A stretch of 64,000 nt of DNA, taken from assembly GCF_963921235.1 (NCBI RefSeq), contig NC_086107.1, positions 115,570,001-115,634,000 of the forward strand, read 5' to 3'. The position numbers and the translations under genes were made by a program. This document shows, one piece after another, positions 44,601 to 58,000 of this stretch. Every line of letters starts with the position of its first letter. Position 1 is the first letter of the stretch. This DNA comes from Mobula hypostoma. Its lineage: Eukaryota. Under the pieces are notes generated by a model. That model ran no database searches. It saw nothing but the letters and a program-made list of their open reading frames with translations, and was not told where the DNA came from.

Positions 44601-47600
44601 TCCTCCTCTCACTACCCCCTCCTCCTCCTCTTCCCCTCACTGTCCCTCCCCTCACTCCTCCTCTCACTACCCCCTCCTCCTCCTGGTCCCCCTCACTGTC
44701 CCCTCCTCCTCTCACTACCCCCTCCTCCTCCTGTTCCCCCTCACTGTCCCCTCCTCCTCTCACTACCCCCTCCTCCTCCTGGTCCCCCTCACTGTCCCCT
44801 CCTCCTCTCACTACCCCCTCCTCCTCCTGTTCCCCCTCACTCTCCCCTCCTCCTCTCACTACCCCCTCCTCCTCCTGTTCCCCCTCACTCTCCCCTCCTC
44901 CTCTCACTACCCCCTCCTCCTCCTGTTCCCCCTCACTCTCCCCCTCTTCCTCTCACTACCCCCTCCTCCTCCTGTTCCCCCTCACTCTCCCCTCCTCATC
45001 TCACTACCCCCTCCTCCTCCTGGTCCCCCTCACTGACCCCTCCTCCTCTCACTACCCCCTCCTCCTCCTGGTCCCCCTCACTCTCCCCTCCTCCTCTCAC
45101 TACCCCCTCCTCCTCCTGGTCCCCCTCACTCTCCCCTCCTCCTCTCACTACCCCCTCCTCCTCCTGGTCCCCCTCACTGACCCCTCCTCCTCTCACTACC
45201 CCCTCCTCCTCCTGGTCCCCCTCACTGTCCCCTCCTCCTCTCACTACCCCCTCCTCCTCCTGGTCCCCCTCACTCTCCCCTCCTCCTCTCACTACCCCCT
45301 CCTCCTCCTGGTCCCCCTCACTCTCCCCTCCTCCTCTCACTACCCCCTCCTCCTCCTGTTCCCCCTCACTCTCCCCTCTCCTCTCACTACCCCCTCCTCC
45401 TCCTGTTCCCCCTCACTCTCCCCTCCTCTCTCACTACCCCCTCCTCCTCCTGGTCCCCCTCACTACCCCTCCTCCTCTCACTACCCCCTCCTCCTCCTGT
45501 TCCCCCTCACTGTCCCCTCCTCCTCTCACTACCCCCTCCTCCTCCTGTTCCCCCTCACTCTCCCCCTCTTCCTCTCACTACCCCCTCCTCCTCCTGTTCC
45601 CCCTCACTCTCCCCTCCTCGTCTCACTACCCCCTCCTCCTCCTGTTCCCCCTCACTGTCCCCTCCTCCTCTCACTACCCCCTCCTCCTCCTGTTCCCCCT
45701 CACTCTCCCCTCCTCCTCTCACTACCCCCTCCTCCTCCTGGTCCCCCTCACTGTCCCCTCCTCCTCTCACTACCCCCTCCTCCTCCTGGTCCCCCTCACT
45801 CTCCCCTCCTCCTCTCACTACCCCCTCCTCCTCCTGGTCCCCCTCACTCTCCCCTCCTCCTCTCACTACCCCCTCCTCCTCCTGTTCCCCCTCACTCTCC
45901 CCCTCTTCCTCTCACTACCCCCTCCTCCTCCTGTTCCCCCTCACTCTCCCCTCCTCGTCTCACTACCCCCTCCTCCTCCTGGTCCCCCTCACTGACCCCT
46001 CCTCCTCTCACTACCCCCTCCTCCTCCTGGTCCCCCTCACTGTCCCCTCCTCCTCTCACTACCCCCTCCTCCTCCTGGTCCCCCTCACTCTCCCCTCCTC
46101 CTCTCACTACCCCCTCCTCCTCCTGGTCCCCCTCACTCTCCCCTCCTCCTCTCACTACCCCCTCCTCCTCCTGTTCCCCCTCACTCTCCCCCTCTTCCTC
46201 TCACTACCCCCTCCTCCTCCTGTTCCCCCTCACTCTCCCCTCCTCGTCTCACTACCCCCTCCTCCTCCTGTTCCCCCTCACTGTCCCCTCCTCCTCTCAC
46301 TACCCCCTCCTCCTCCTGTTCCCCCTCACTCTCCCCTCCTCCTCTCACTACCCCCTCCTCCTCCTGTTCCCCCTCACTGTCCCCTCCTCCTCTCACTACC
46401 CCCTCCTCCTCCTGTTCCCCCTCACTCTCCCCTCCTCCTCTCACTACCCCCTCCTCCTCCTGTTCCCCCTCACTGTCCCCTCCTCCTCTCACTACCCCCT
46501 CCTCCTCCTGGTCCCCCTCACTCTCCCCTCCTCCTCTCACTACCCCCTCCTCCTCCTGGTCCCCCTCACTCTCCCCTCCTCCTCTCACTACCCCCTCCTC
46601 CTCCTGGTCCCCCTCACTGACCCCTCCTCCTCTCACTACCCCCTCCTCCTCCTGGTCCCCCTCACTCTCCCCTCCTCCTCTCACTACCCCCTCCTCCTCC
46701 TGGTCCCCCTCACTGTCCCCTCCTCCTCTCACTACCCCCTCCTCCTCCTTTTCCCCCTCACTGTCCCCTCCTCCTCTCACTACCCCCTCCTCCTCCTGTT
46801 CCCCCTCACTGTCCCTTCCTCCTCTCACTACCCCCTCCTCCTCCTGGTCCCCCTCACTGTCCCCTCCTCCTCTCACTACCCCCTCCTCCTCCTGGTCCCC
46901 CTCACTCTCCCCTCCTCCTCTCACTACCCCCTCCTCCTCCTGGTCCCCCTCACTCTCCCCTCCTCCTCTCACTACCCCCTCCTCCTCCTGTTCCCCCTCA
47001 CTGTCCCTTCCTCCTCTCACTACCCCCTCCTCCTCCTTTTCCCCCTCACTGTCCCCTCCTCCTCTCACTACCCCCTCCTCCTCCTGGTCCCCCTCACTCT
47101 CCCCTCCTCCTCTCACTACCCCCTCCTCCTCCTGTTCCCCCTCACTCTCCCCCTCTTCCTCTCACTACCCCCTCCTCCTCCTGTTCCCCCTCACTCTCCC
47201 CTCCTCGTCTCACTACCCCCTCCTCCTCCTGTTCCCCCTCACTGTCCCCTCCTCCTCTCACTACCCCCTCCTCCTCCTGTTCCCCCTCACTCTCCCCTCC
47301 TCCTCTCACTACCCCCTCCTCCTCCTGTTCCCCCTCACTGTCCCCTCCTCCTCTCACTACCCCCTCCTCCTCCTGTTCCCCCTCACTGTCCCCTCCTCCT
47401 CTCACTACCCCCTCCTCCTCCTGTTCCCCCTCACTGTCCCCTCCTCCTCTCACTTCCCCCTCCTCCTCCTGTTCCCCCTCACTGTCCCCTCCTCCTCTCA
47501 CTACCCCCTCCTCCTCTCACTACCCCCTCCTCCTCCTGTTCCCCCTCACTGTCCCCTCCTCCTCTCACTACACCCTCCTCCTCCTTTTCCCCTCACTGAC

Positions 47601-50600
47601 CCCTCCTCCTCTCACTATCCCCTCCTCCTCCTGTTCCCCTCCTCTCCCCTCCTCCTCTCACTACCCCCTCCTCCTCCTGTTCCCCCTCACTGTCCCCTCC
47701 TCCTCTCACTACCCCCTCCTCCTCCTGTTCCCCCTCACTGTCCCCTCCTCCTCTCACTACCCCCTCCTCCTCCTGTTCCCCCTCACTCTCCCCTCTTCCT
47801 CTCACTACCCCCTCCTCCTCCTGTTCCCCTCACTCTCCCCTCCTCCTCTCACTACCTCCTCCTCCTCCTGTTCCCCCTCACTCTCCCCTTCTCCTCTCAC
47901 TACCCCCTCCTCCTCCTGTTCCCCCTCACTGTCCCCTCCTCCTCTCACTACCCCCTCCTCCTCCTGTTCCCCCTCACTGTCCCCTCCTCCTCTCACTACA
48001 CCCTCCTCCTCCTGTTCCCCCTCACTGTCCCCTCCTCCTCCTGTTCCCCCTCACTGTCCCCTCCTCCTCTCACTACCCCCTCCTCCTCCTGTTCCCCCTC
48101 ACTGTCCCCTCCTCCTCTCACTACCCCCTCCTCCTCCTGTTCCCCCTTACTGTCCCCTCCTCCTCTCACTACACCCTCCTCCTCCTTTTCCCCTCACTGA
48201 CCCCTCCTCCTCTCACTACCCCCTCCTCCTCCTGTTCCCCTCCTCTCCCCTCCTCCTCTCACTACCCCCTCCTCCTCCTGTTCCCCCTCACTGTCCCCTC
48301 CTCCTCTCACTACCCCCTCCTCCTCCTGTTCCCCCTCACTCTCCCCTCTTCCTCTCACTACCCCCTCCTCCTCCTGTTCCCCTCACTCTCCCCTCCTCCT
48401 CTCACTACCTCCTCCTCCTCCTGTTCCCCTTCACTCTCCCCTCCTCCTCTCACTACCCCCTCCTCCTCCTGTTCCCCCTCACTGTCCCCTCCTCCTCTCA
48501 CTACCCCCTCCTCCTCCTGTTCCCCCTCACTGTCCCCTCCTCCTCTCACTACCCCCTCCTCCTCTCACTACCCCCTCCTCCTCCTGTTCCCCCTCACTGT
48601 CCCCTCCTCCTCTCACTACACCCTCCTCCTCCTTTTCCCCTCACTGACCCCTCCTCCTCTCACTACCCCCTCCTCCTCCTGTTCCCCTCCTCTCCCCTCC
48701 TCCTCTCACTACCCCCTCCTCCTCCTGTTCCCCCTCACTGTCCCCTCCTCCTCTCACTACCCCCTCCTCCTCCTGTTCCCCCTCACTGTCCCCTCCTCCT
48801 CTCACTACCCCCTCCTCCTCCTGTTCCCCCTCACTCTCCCCTCTTCCTCTCACTACCCCTCCTCCTCCTGTTCCCCTCACTCTCCCCTCCTCCTCTCACT
48901 ACCTCCTCCTCCTCCTGTTCCCCTCACTCTCCCCTCCTCCTCTCACTACCCCCTCCTCCTCCTGTTCCCCCTCACTTTCGCGTCCTCCTCTCACTACCCC
49001 CTCCTCCTCCTGTTCCCCCTCACTCTCCCCTCCTCCTCTCACTACCCCCTCCTCCTCCTGTTCCTCCTCACTGTCCCCTCCTCCTCTCACTACCCCCTCC
49101 TCCTCCTGTTCCCCCTCACTGTCCCCTCCTCCTCTCACTACCCCCTCCTCCTCCTGTTCCCCCTCACTGTCCCCTCCTCCTCTCACTACCCCCTCCTCCT
49201 CCTGTTCCCCCTCACTGTCCCCTCCTCCTCTCACTACCCCCTCCTCCTCCTGTTCCCCCTCACTGTCCCCTCCTCCTCTCACTACACCCTCGTCCTCCTT
49301 TTCCCCTCACTGACCCCTCCTCCTCTCACTACCCCCTCCTCCTCCTGTTCCCCTCCTCTCCCCTCCTCTTCTCACTACCCCCTCCTCCTCCTGTTCCCCC
49401 TCACTGTCCCCTCCTCCTCTCACTACCCCCTCCTCCTCCTGTTCCCCCTCACTGTCCCCTCCTCCTCTCACTACCCCCTCCTCCTCCTGTTCCCCCTCAC
49501 TCTCCCCTCTTCCTCTCACTACCCCCTCCTCCTCCTGTTCCCCTCACTCTCCCCTCCTCCTCTCACTACCTCCTCCTCCTCCTGTTCCCCCTCACTCTCC
49601 CCTCCTCCTCTCACTACCCCCTCCTCCTCCTGTTCCCCCTCACTGTCCCCTCCTCCTCTCACTACCCCCTCCTCCTCCTGTTCCCCCTCACTGTCCCCTC
49701 CTCCTCTCACTACACCCTCCTCCTCCTGTTCCCCCTCACTGTCCCCTCCTCCTCTCACTACCCCCTCCTCCTCCTGTTCCCCCTCACTCTCCCCTCCTCC
49801 TCTCACTACACCCTCCTCCTCCTGTTCCCCCTCACCGTCCCCTCCTCCTCTCACTACCCCCTCCTCCTCCTGTTCCCCCTCACTCTCCCCTCCTCCTCTC
49901 ACTACCCCCTCCTCCTCCTGTTCCCCCTCACTGTCCCCTCCTCCTCTCACTACCCCCTCCTCCTCCTCTTCCCCCCACTCTACCCTCCCCCTTTCTCCTC
50001 TAACTCCCTCATTCCCCCTTCCCCTCTCTCCTCACTCTCCCCTCCCCCTTTCATTCCTCCCTCCCCTCCACCTCTTATTTCCCCCTCCTCCTTCCTTTCC
50101 TCCTTTCCTCCTTTCCCTCTCATTCCCCCCTCTCGCCCTCCCCGCTCTCCCCTCCCCCCTCTCGCCCTCCCCTTCCCCTCCCCCTACCCATCCCTGCTTC
50201 CCCCCCCTCTCGCCCTGCCCTCACCTCTCCTTGCAGATTACATGAACCCAGAGTCCGAGGCTGGAAGTGTTTCTTCAGAGGGTGAGGACTGATTTTTCTG
50301 ACCCCGTCCCCACTCTCCACCCGACTGCCGACACCACAGGACAGACTGACTCCCATGCCCACTGTCTGTGTGTCTAGACGGCTGCAGGTGCTGACTGCCT
50401 GCCCACAGACCAGGGCCACATTGATTTGTTCCTGTGCTTTACAGATTTCTGCCCCGTGTCTGAGAGCAGTGGGTGGGATGGCCCATCCTCTCTGAACAAC
50501 AGAAGTTGGCCCTTCGGCCATACATTTTGTACCACAAACGGTGTCAAATTAAAATCTGTTCTGTCTACAAAATATCCATTCCCCACACTTTCACATGTCT

Positions 50601-53600
50601 AACAGCCTCTTAAACACCTATATGTTATCTGTCTGCACCATCACCTCTGGGACCGCATTCTCACAGCCCATCAGTCTCTGTAAAATAATCCTTATCCTGC
50701 ACATCTCCGTCTGTTTTAAGCATGCCCTCTGGTACGAACGTTTGCAGCCTGGGGAAATAGATACCAGCTGTCTACCCTATCTCTGCCTCTGGTAATCTTA
50801 TCGGCCTCTATCAGGTCTCCCCTCAGCTTCCATCACTGCAGATTAAAACAGACCAGCCTGACTTAAATTTACTTCCTTCTCTGATAAAGGCAAGTGTGCC
50901 ATGTGCCACCTTTACCGGGTACAAACGTACCGTGTGCCACCTTTACCGGGTACAAACAAGCCGTGTGCCACCTTTACCGGGTACAAACGTGCCATGTGCC
51001 ACCTTTACCGGGTACAAACGTACCGTGTGCCACCTTTACCGGGTACAAACGTGCCATGTGCCACCTTTACCGGGTACAAACGTGCCGTGTGCCACCTTTA
51101 CCGGGTACAAACGTGCCGTGTGCCACCTTTACCGGGTACAAACGTACCGTGTGCCACCTTTACCGGGTACAAACATGCCGTGTGCCACCTTTACCGGGTA
51201 CAAACGTACCGTGTGCCACCTTTACCGGGTACAAACATGCCATGTGCCACCTTTACCGGGTACATTACACCCTTGCTTTGTAGTCTAGCCCTCTCGAGGT
51301 TTAAGGCTCCCGCCATGGACTTATTGCCGTTTGTACCCCATTGCTCACCCCGCAGGGTACGTGAAGCCGCATGCTGACGCAGGAACCCTGGAGACCACGA
51401 AAGCCCAGGTTCTCTGCTCTGCAGGTGAGTATCCTTGTCTCACCCTGGCTCTGTGTGTGAGGGTCTCTCTCCCAGCGCTGCTGAGAGTAAACATGGAACC
51501 ACAGGAACCCTCCGTAGGGGACAGTGCTGTAGCACTGTGGTCAGTGTAGCCGGTTCTGTAACTTGTGTTACTGATATTTGTGGTAACATAACTTGATCAG
51601 TCAGGGCCGTGTTGGCAAAACCACAGCGACCCCAGATCTTGTTGATCGTTGATTCATTAAGAACATAAGACATAGGAGCCGAATGGGGCGATTTGGCCCG
51701 TTGAGTCTGTTCTATCATGGCTGATTTATTAACCTTCTCAATCCCACTCTCCTGCCTCTCCCCGTGACCCTTGACATCCTGACTCATCAAGAACCCATCA
51801 ACCTCAGCTTTAAATGTACCCAAAGGCTTGCCCTCCACAACTGTCTGTGGCAATAAATCCCCCAGATTCACCTCCCTCTGGCTGAAGAAATTCCTCCTCA
51901 TCTCTGTTCTAAATGGTCGTCCCTCTATTCCAAGGCTGTGCTCGCTGGTCCCAGACTTGCCCCGCCATGGGAAACATCCTTTGCAAGTTCACTCTATCTG
52001 GGCCTTTGAATATTCGATAGATTCCCCCCTCATTCTTCTAAACTCCAGTGAGTACTGTCCCAGAGACATCAAACGTGCCTCTTATATTAACCCTTTCATT
52101 CCCAAAGTCAACCTGGTGATGAACCTCCTCTGGACCGTCTCAAATGCCAGCACATCTTTTCTTAGATAAGGGGCCCAAAATTGCTCACAATACTCCAAGT
52201 GCGGTCTGACCCTATGAAGGCTCGACATTACATCCTTGCTCTTACATTCTAGTCCTCTCAAAACGAATGTTAACATTGCATTTGCCTTCCTCACCACTGA
52301 CTCAATCTGCAAGTTAACCTTTACTGACAAGTGAAGCAGCAAAATATTTTTTCGCAGCCTGAGAGTGGCAAGAGCACCAAGGGCAGACAGTGGTAGTTGA
52401 TGGAGTGTTTTCCACCTGGAGTCCGTGATCAGGGATTTGCTCTGGGAAACCCGCCCCTTGAGATCTTTATAAATGACTTTGAAGTGGAAGGGTGGGTTAG
52501 TAAGTACGCGGACAGCACAAGGTTGGTTGGTGTTGTGGATAGTGTAGAAAGTTGTCGTAGGTTACAACGGGACAGTGACAGATGCAGAGCTGGCAGATGG
52601 AGGTCAGGATTTACGAAGGGATCTTGATCCGCTGGGGGAGCGAGCCGTGGGATGGCAAATGGAGTTTATGCCGTTCGGATAAGTGCAAGGAGTTGTATTT
52701 TGGGAGGACAAACCAGGGCAGGATTTTCACAGTGAACAGCAGGGTCTCTGTGGTAGGACGGAGGGACCCCGGGGTCACAGGTACATGGTTCCATGAAAGT
52801 GGAGTCACAGGTCACAGGTAGGCAGGGTGGCGAAGGTGCTTGGCATCAGTCAGGGACTGAGTACAGAGCGTACAAGTGGCGAAGCAAGGCTGCACTTCAC
52901 TCACCTTGCTCTAGGAAAGAAGTCGTTGAGCTGGTGAGACTGCGGAGAGATTTACGAAGCTGTTGCCTGGACTCAAGGGTCCGAGTTATGGAGAGAGGTT
53001 GGGACTTTATTCCTTAGAGTGCAGGAGACTGAGGGGTGACCTTACAGAGGTGTTTAAAACCACGAGGGGCGCAGAGAGGGTGAAAGTGCACTGCCTTTTT
53101 CCCCAGGGTTGGGCAATCATAACCAGAGCAGAGCGCACAGGGTTAAGGTGAGAGGGGAGAGATTTAATAGGGACCTGAGGGGCAACTTTGTCACCCGGAG
53201 GGTGGTCTGTATATGGAATGAACTGCCAGAGGAAGTGGCTGAGGCAGGTTCATTAACGATGGTGAAGACACTCAAACGGGTAGACAGACAGGAGTTCCCA
53301 AGCTTTCTATGGCATTGGGCCTCCACCGTTAACCGAGGGGTTGTGGACCCCCAGTTGGGAGGAATATGGCAAAACGTGGACATATGGGATGAGCTCAAAT
53401 GTCACCTGGGTCAGTATGAACTGGTCGGGACGAAGGGTCTCTCTCCGTGCTATATGGCTCCATGTGAGGGAGTGTGTGGGAGATGGGAGGAGAGGAGGGG
53501 CGACATGCCAGGAGGGGAAGGGAGGCAGTGGAATGGTGAGAAAAGAGGGAGAAAGAGGAGCTGGTGAGGGGAGAGGGAAGGTGTGGCGAGGAGGGACAGA

Positions 53601-54894
53601 GGGGGCTGCAAAGAGGGAGGGAAACGGACCAATCAGGTCTGCTGGTTGTCCCCGCACTCCGTGGGATCTTTCTGTGCCCACCATGCACTCCCACCACCCC
53701 ACCGTTTGGAATTGGAGATTTCTGAAGACGCTGAAAATTTTTCTCTCCCCTTCCCTATTCCCACCTCCTCTCCTCTCCCCTCCTGCCCCTCACTGACCCT
53801 CTGCCCAGATCCGCTATGGACCCCCCCAGCGGTGGTCAGCAAAAAGGTGGGAGAAGACGTGGTCTATGCCATCCCCAGCGGCAAGTCCAGAGCAAGACTT
53901 GACAGTGAGGAAGGTGAGTCTGGTCCCCTCGAGGGAGTGGAGTTTGTCAGCAGTCCCGAGGCAGGGGTGGGGGGGGGCCCACAGGCCATTGAGAACGGGT
54001 GGGAAAATAACTGCCTAAAGATTGTGTAGGTAAGTGCGGGGTTACAGAACAGAAGAAATAGGAGTGGGAGTCAGCCATTCGGCCCGTCGAGCTGCTGCAT
54101 GATTCTGTACGATCACGGCTGATCTAGCCATGGACTCAGTTCCACCTACCTAACTTTTCCCCATAATCCTTAATTCCCCTGCTATGCAAAAAATCTCCAC
54201 TGCTCCAGCATATACGGCTTCCCGACGGAGAATTACACAGATTCACTGCTCTCTGGGAAAAGCAGTTACTCCTCAGCTGCGTCCTAAATCTATTCCCCTG
54301 AATATTGAGGCTGTGACCCCTCGTTCTAGTCTCACCTACCAGTCAAAACAAATTTCCTGCCTCTATTTTATCCTTAACTTTCAGAATTATATGTTTCTCT
54401 AAGATCCCCTCTCATTCTTCTGAATTCCAGTCAATATAGTCCCAGGCAACTCAATCTCTCCTTATAGGCTAAACCCCTCACCTCCAAATTCAACCTGGGA
54501 ACCTGTGTGTGTGTCTGTGTGTGTGTGTATGAGTGTGTGTGTGTGTGTGTCTGTGTGTGTGTGTCTGTGTGTGTGTGTATGAGTGTGTGTGTGTGTGTGT
54601 CTGTGTGTGTGTGTGTGTATGAGTGTGTGTGTGTGTGTGTGTGTGTGTCTGTGTGTGTGAGTGTGTGTATGTGTGTGTGTGTGTGTCTGTGTGTGTGTGT
54701 ATGAGTGTGTGTCTGTGTGTGTGTGTGTGTGTATGTGTGTGTGTGTATGTGTGTGTGTGTGTGTGAGTGTGTGTGTGTGTGTGTGTGTGAGTGTGTGTGT
54801 GAGTGTGTGTGTGTGTGAGTGTGTGTGTGTGTGTGAGTGTGTGTGTGTATGTGTGTGTGTCTGTGTGTGTGTGTGTGAGTGTGTGTGTGTGTAT

Positions 54895-54937
<43 letters not shown>

Positions 54938-54980
54938 TGTGTGTGTGTGTGTGTGTGTGTGAGTGTGTGTGTGTGTGTGT

Positions 54981-55012
<32 letters not shown>

Positions 55013-58000
55013 ATCTGTGTGTTTTACTCAGGGGTCTTCGTTTTGAATTCCCTATCTGATCCTGTTTGATTTGACAGTCCCTCCCAGCCCCTGACCCCCA
55101 CCTTCACCCCATAGCCCTCGATGCCCTTACAGATGAGAGCAAGGTTGGTGTTGTGTGGTGAGCTGCCCGAGCTGCCCGAGCTGCCCCAGGTTACAACGGG
55201 ACATAGACTGGATGCAGATCTGGGCTGCAAAGCAGCTGATGCTGTTCAATTTGGAAAAGTGTGAAGTGGTTCACTGTGAGAGGTTGAACCTGAGGCAGAG
55301 TCACTAGCAAATTGATGGAGGCCCTCCAGTGGATGTGGTGTTCATGAGTTTTAGCACTCCAGCGTGTGGTGAAAACTGCCCAGCGGATTGTTGGCAGCCA
55401 ATCGCCCACTATTGAAAACATCCACCATAAACGCTGCCTGGGCAGGGTGAAAAGCATTATCAAGGATGCATCTCACCATAACCATGGACTTTTTACTCTC
55501 CTCCCATCCGGTAGGCGCTACAGGAGCCTCCGCTCCCGCACCAGCAGGCACAGGAAGAGCTTCTTCCCTGAGGCTGTGACCCTGCTGAACCTCTCATCAC
55601 AGCGCTAAGCAGTATTGCACCCATATTGTACTGTCTCAGTACTTTTATATTTGTGTGCTGTAGCACTTAATTTTTATTCGCAGTTATTTTGTAAATAACA
55701 CTATTCTTTGCATTTCTGGTCAGATGCTAACTGCATTTCATTGGCTTTGTATCTGTACTTGGCACAATGACAGTAAAGTTGAATCTAATCTAATCTACTA
55801 ACTCTGGTTATACCACACTCGATAAGGTACCCTATGGTGGGCCCATTCTGAAAGTCATGAGGCATGAGGGTATTCAGGGAAACCCGGCTGCGTGGATTCA
55901 GAATTGGCTTGTCCACGATGGTAGAAGGTGGAAGTACTCTGCCTGGAGGTTGATAACCGGCAGTGAAACCCGACGCAGATTGGGGGACCGCTTTGTCGAG
56001 CACCTCCGCTCCGTCCGCCAAAACAGACAGGATCTCCCAGTAGCCACCCACTTCAACTCTGCTTCCCACTCCCATTCAGATATGTCCATACATGGCCTCC
56101 TCTACTGCCACGATGAGGCTAAACTCAGGTTGGAGGAGCAACACCTCATATACCGTCTAGATAGTCTCCAGCCCCTTGGTATGAACATAGAATTCTCCAA
56201 CTTCCGGTAATTCCCTCCCACTCCCTTCCTCTATCCCTATGTCATTCTGCCCCCTCCCCCAGCTGCCTATCACCTCCCTCATGGTTCCACCTCCTTCTAC
56301 TACCCATTGTGCTTTCCCCTATTCCTCCTTCACCTTTCCTGCCTATCACCTCCCTGCTTCCCCTCCCCTCACCCCTTTATCTTTCCCCTTACTGGTTTTT
56401 CACCTGGAACCTACCAGCCTTCTCCTTCCCACCCTCCCCCAACCTTCTTTATAGGGCCTCTGCCCCTTCCCTCTTCAGTCCTGATGAAGGGTTCCGGCCC
56501 AAAACGTTGACTGATCGTTTCCACGGATGCTGCCCGACCTGCTGAGCTCCTCCAGCGTGTTGTGAGTGGTGTTCCACAGGGATCCCTGCTCTTTGTGATT
56601 TTTATAAATGGCTTGGATGAAGAATTGGAAGGTGGGTTAGAAAGTTTGCAGAAAAAGTTCTGGGTTTTTTATCAGCTGCATGGACCAACCATTACTCTGA
56701 ACAGGAAATTTTTATGTGGCCTGAAAACTGCACGGCACTTTAAATGCTATTTTTTGTAAAATGCATATTATGAATATTTATAGTGAAAATTGGAATTTGA
56801 TTTTATTTATTAATTGAAGGGTATAATGAAATATTTTTCTTTTTGGGCCCTTGGCTCCCAGTCCAGCATAAGCTATTGATGACCTCCTGTCCAAAGTCGA
56901 TGGTTTGGTTGGAGTTCATCAATGTTTCTGTAATCCATTGCATCCACTGTACAGGGGATGTACAGTGTACTGTACTGTACACTGTACAGCTTCACCAGAG
57001 CCCTGTTGACCCGTCTCACCCATTTCCACCTCTCACAATGGAGACATAGGGTTGGACTTTCAGGGGCCTGTAATGAAATACAGTAAATAAAGAAAATATT
57101 TCCAGTATTTCACATTTTGTAAACTTTTTCTCGTCTGTCTTTATTCCAGCGGTGTGGCAACAAAGGCTATGTGCACGGGAGCATTTCAGTTACTGTGCGG
57201 CTACACATCCGTGGGCTGAGAGGGAACGGGGTTTACAGATGACACAAATGTTAATGGTGCTGTGGATAGTGTAGAACATTGTAGGTTACAATGGGACATT
57301 CACAGGATACAGACAAGTTACAGATGGACTTCTAACCAGAAAAGTATTGTGATTCACTGTGGAAAGTCAAACTTGAAGACAGAGTACAAGATTCTTGACT
57401 GTGGAGCAAAAGAGAGATTTTCAGGTCGTCGTCCATAGATCCCACCAAGTTGCCATGCTGGTGGGTGTTTATGAAAGTGTATGACAAGGTGGACTTCAGT
57501 TGTCAGAGGGTTGAGTTCAGAGCCGTGAGGTAATTTTGCAGCTCTATAAGACTCTGGTTAGACCACACTTGGAATACTGTGTCCATTTCCGAGTTCTGAT
57601 GTGAAAGCTTTAGAGAGGGTGCCAAGGAGAATTACCGGGATGCTGCCTGGATTAAAGAGGATGTCTTATGAGGATAGTTTGAAAGAGCTAGGGCTTTTCC
57701 CTTTGGGGTGAAGGAAGATGAGAGGTGACTCGATGGAGGTGTACAAGATGATAAAATACATAGATAGAGTGACAGCCAGAATCCTTCTCCCAGCTGGCAA
57801 TTGCCCTACACCAGAGGACGTCCATTTAAGGAGCCCGTCTGCTTGGTCTATGCCTGAGATTGTGAGGCTAAGCACAACTCCAATGCCATATTTAAATTTG
57901 CTGACGGCATCACTGTCGTTGGCCAGATCAAAGGTGGTGATGAACCAGCACGCAGGAGGGAGACTGACCATCTGGTTGAGTGATGCCTCTCAGCAACCTC

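Larger units (their letters stand above)
36305..49970. repeat. 48-bp minisatellite (ctcactaccccctcctcctcctgttccccctcactctcccctcctcct) in three arrays: ~36305-38800, ~41197-43150, ~44406-49970
   Basis: 16-codon period in the minus-strand pseudo-ORFs ([16 protein letters not shown]). Confidence 0.95.
35450..50502 (+). repeat. Tandem segmental triplication: [inverted 31-bp satellite + ~270 bp unique + 48-bp satellite + exon F + ~220 bp unique] x3
   Basis: Unique block agacaagctgt(g/c)...catgtcactacatc at ~36040, ~40931 and ~44140; exon and flanks at 40022, 43239 and 50237. Confidence 0.93.

Noticed and set aside
36305..49950. Minus-strand ([16 protein letters not shown])n acidic repeat protein
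   Set aside because: Translation of the 48-bp satellite, repeatedly frameshifted and with no unique flanking domain.
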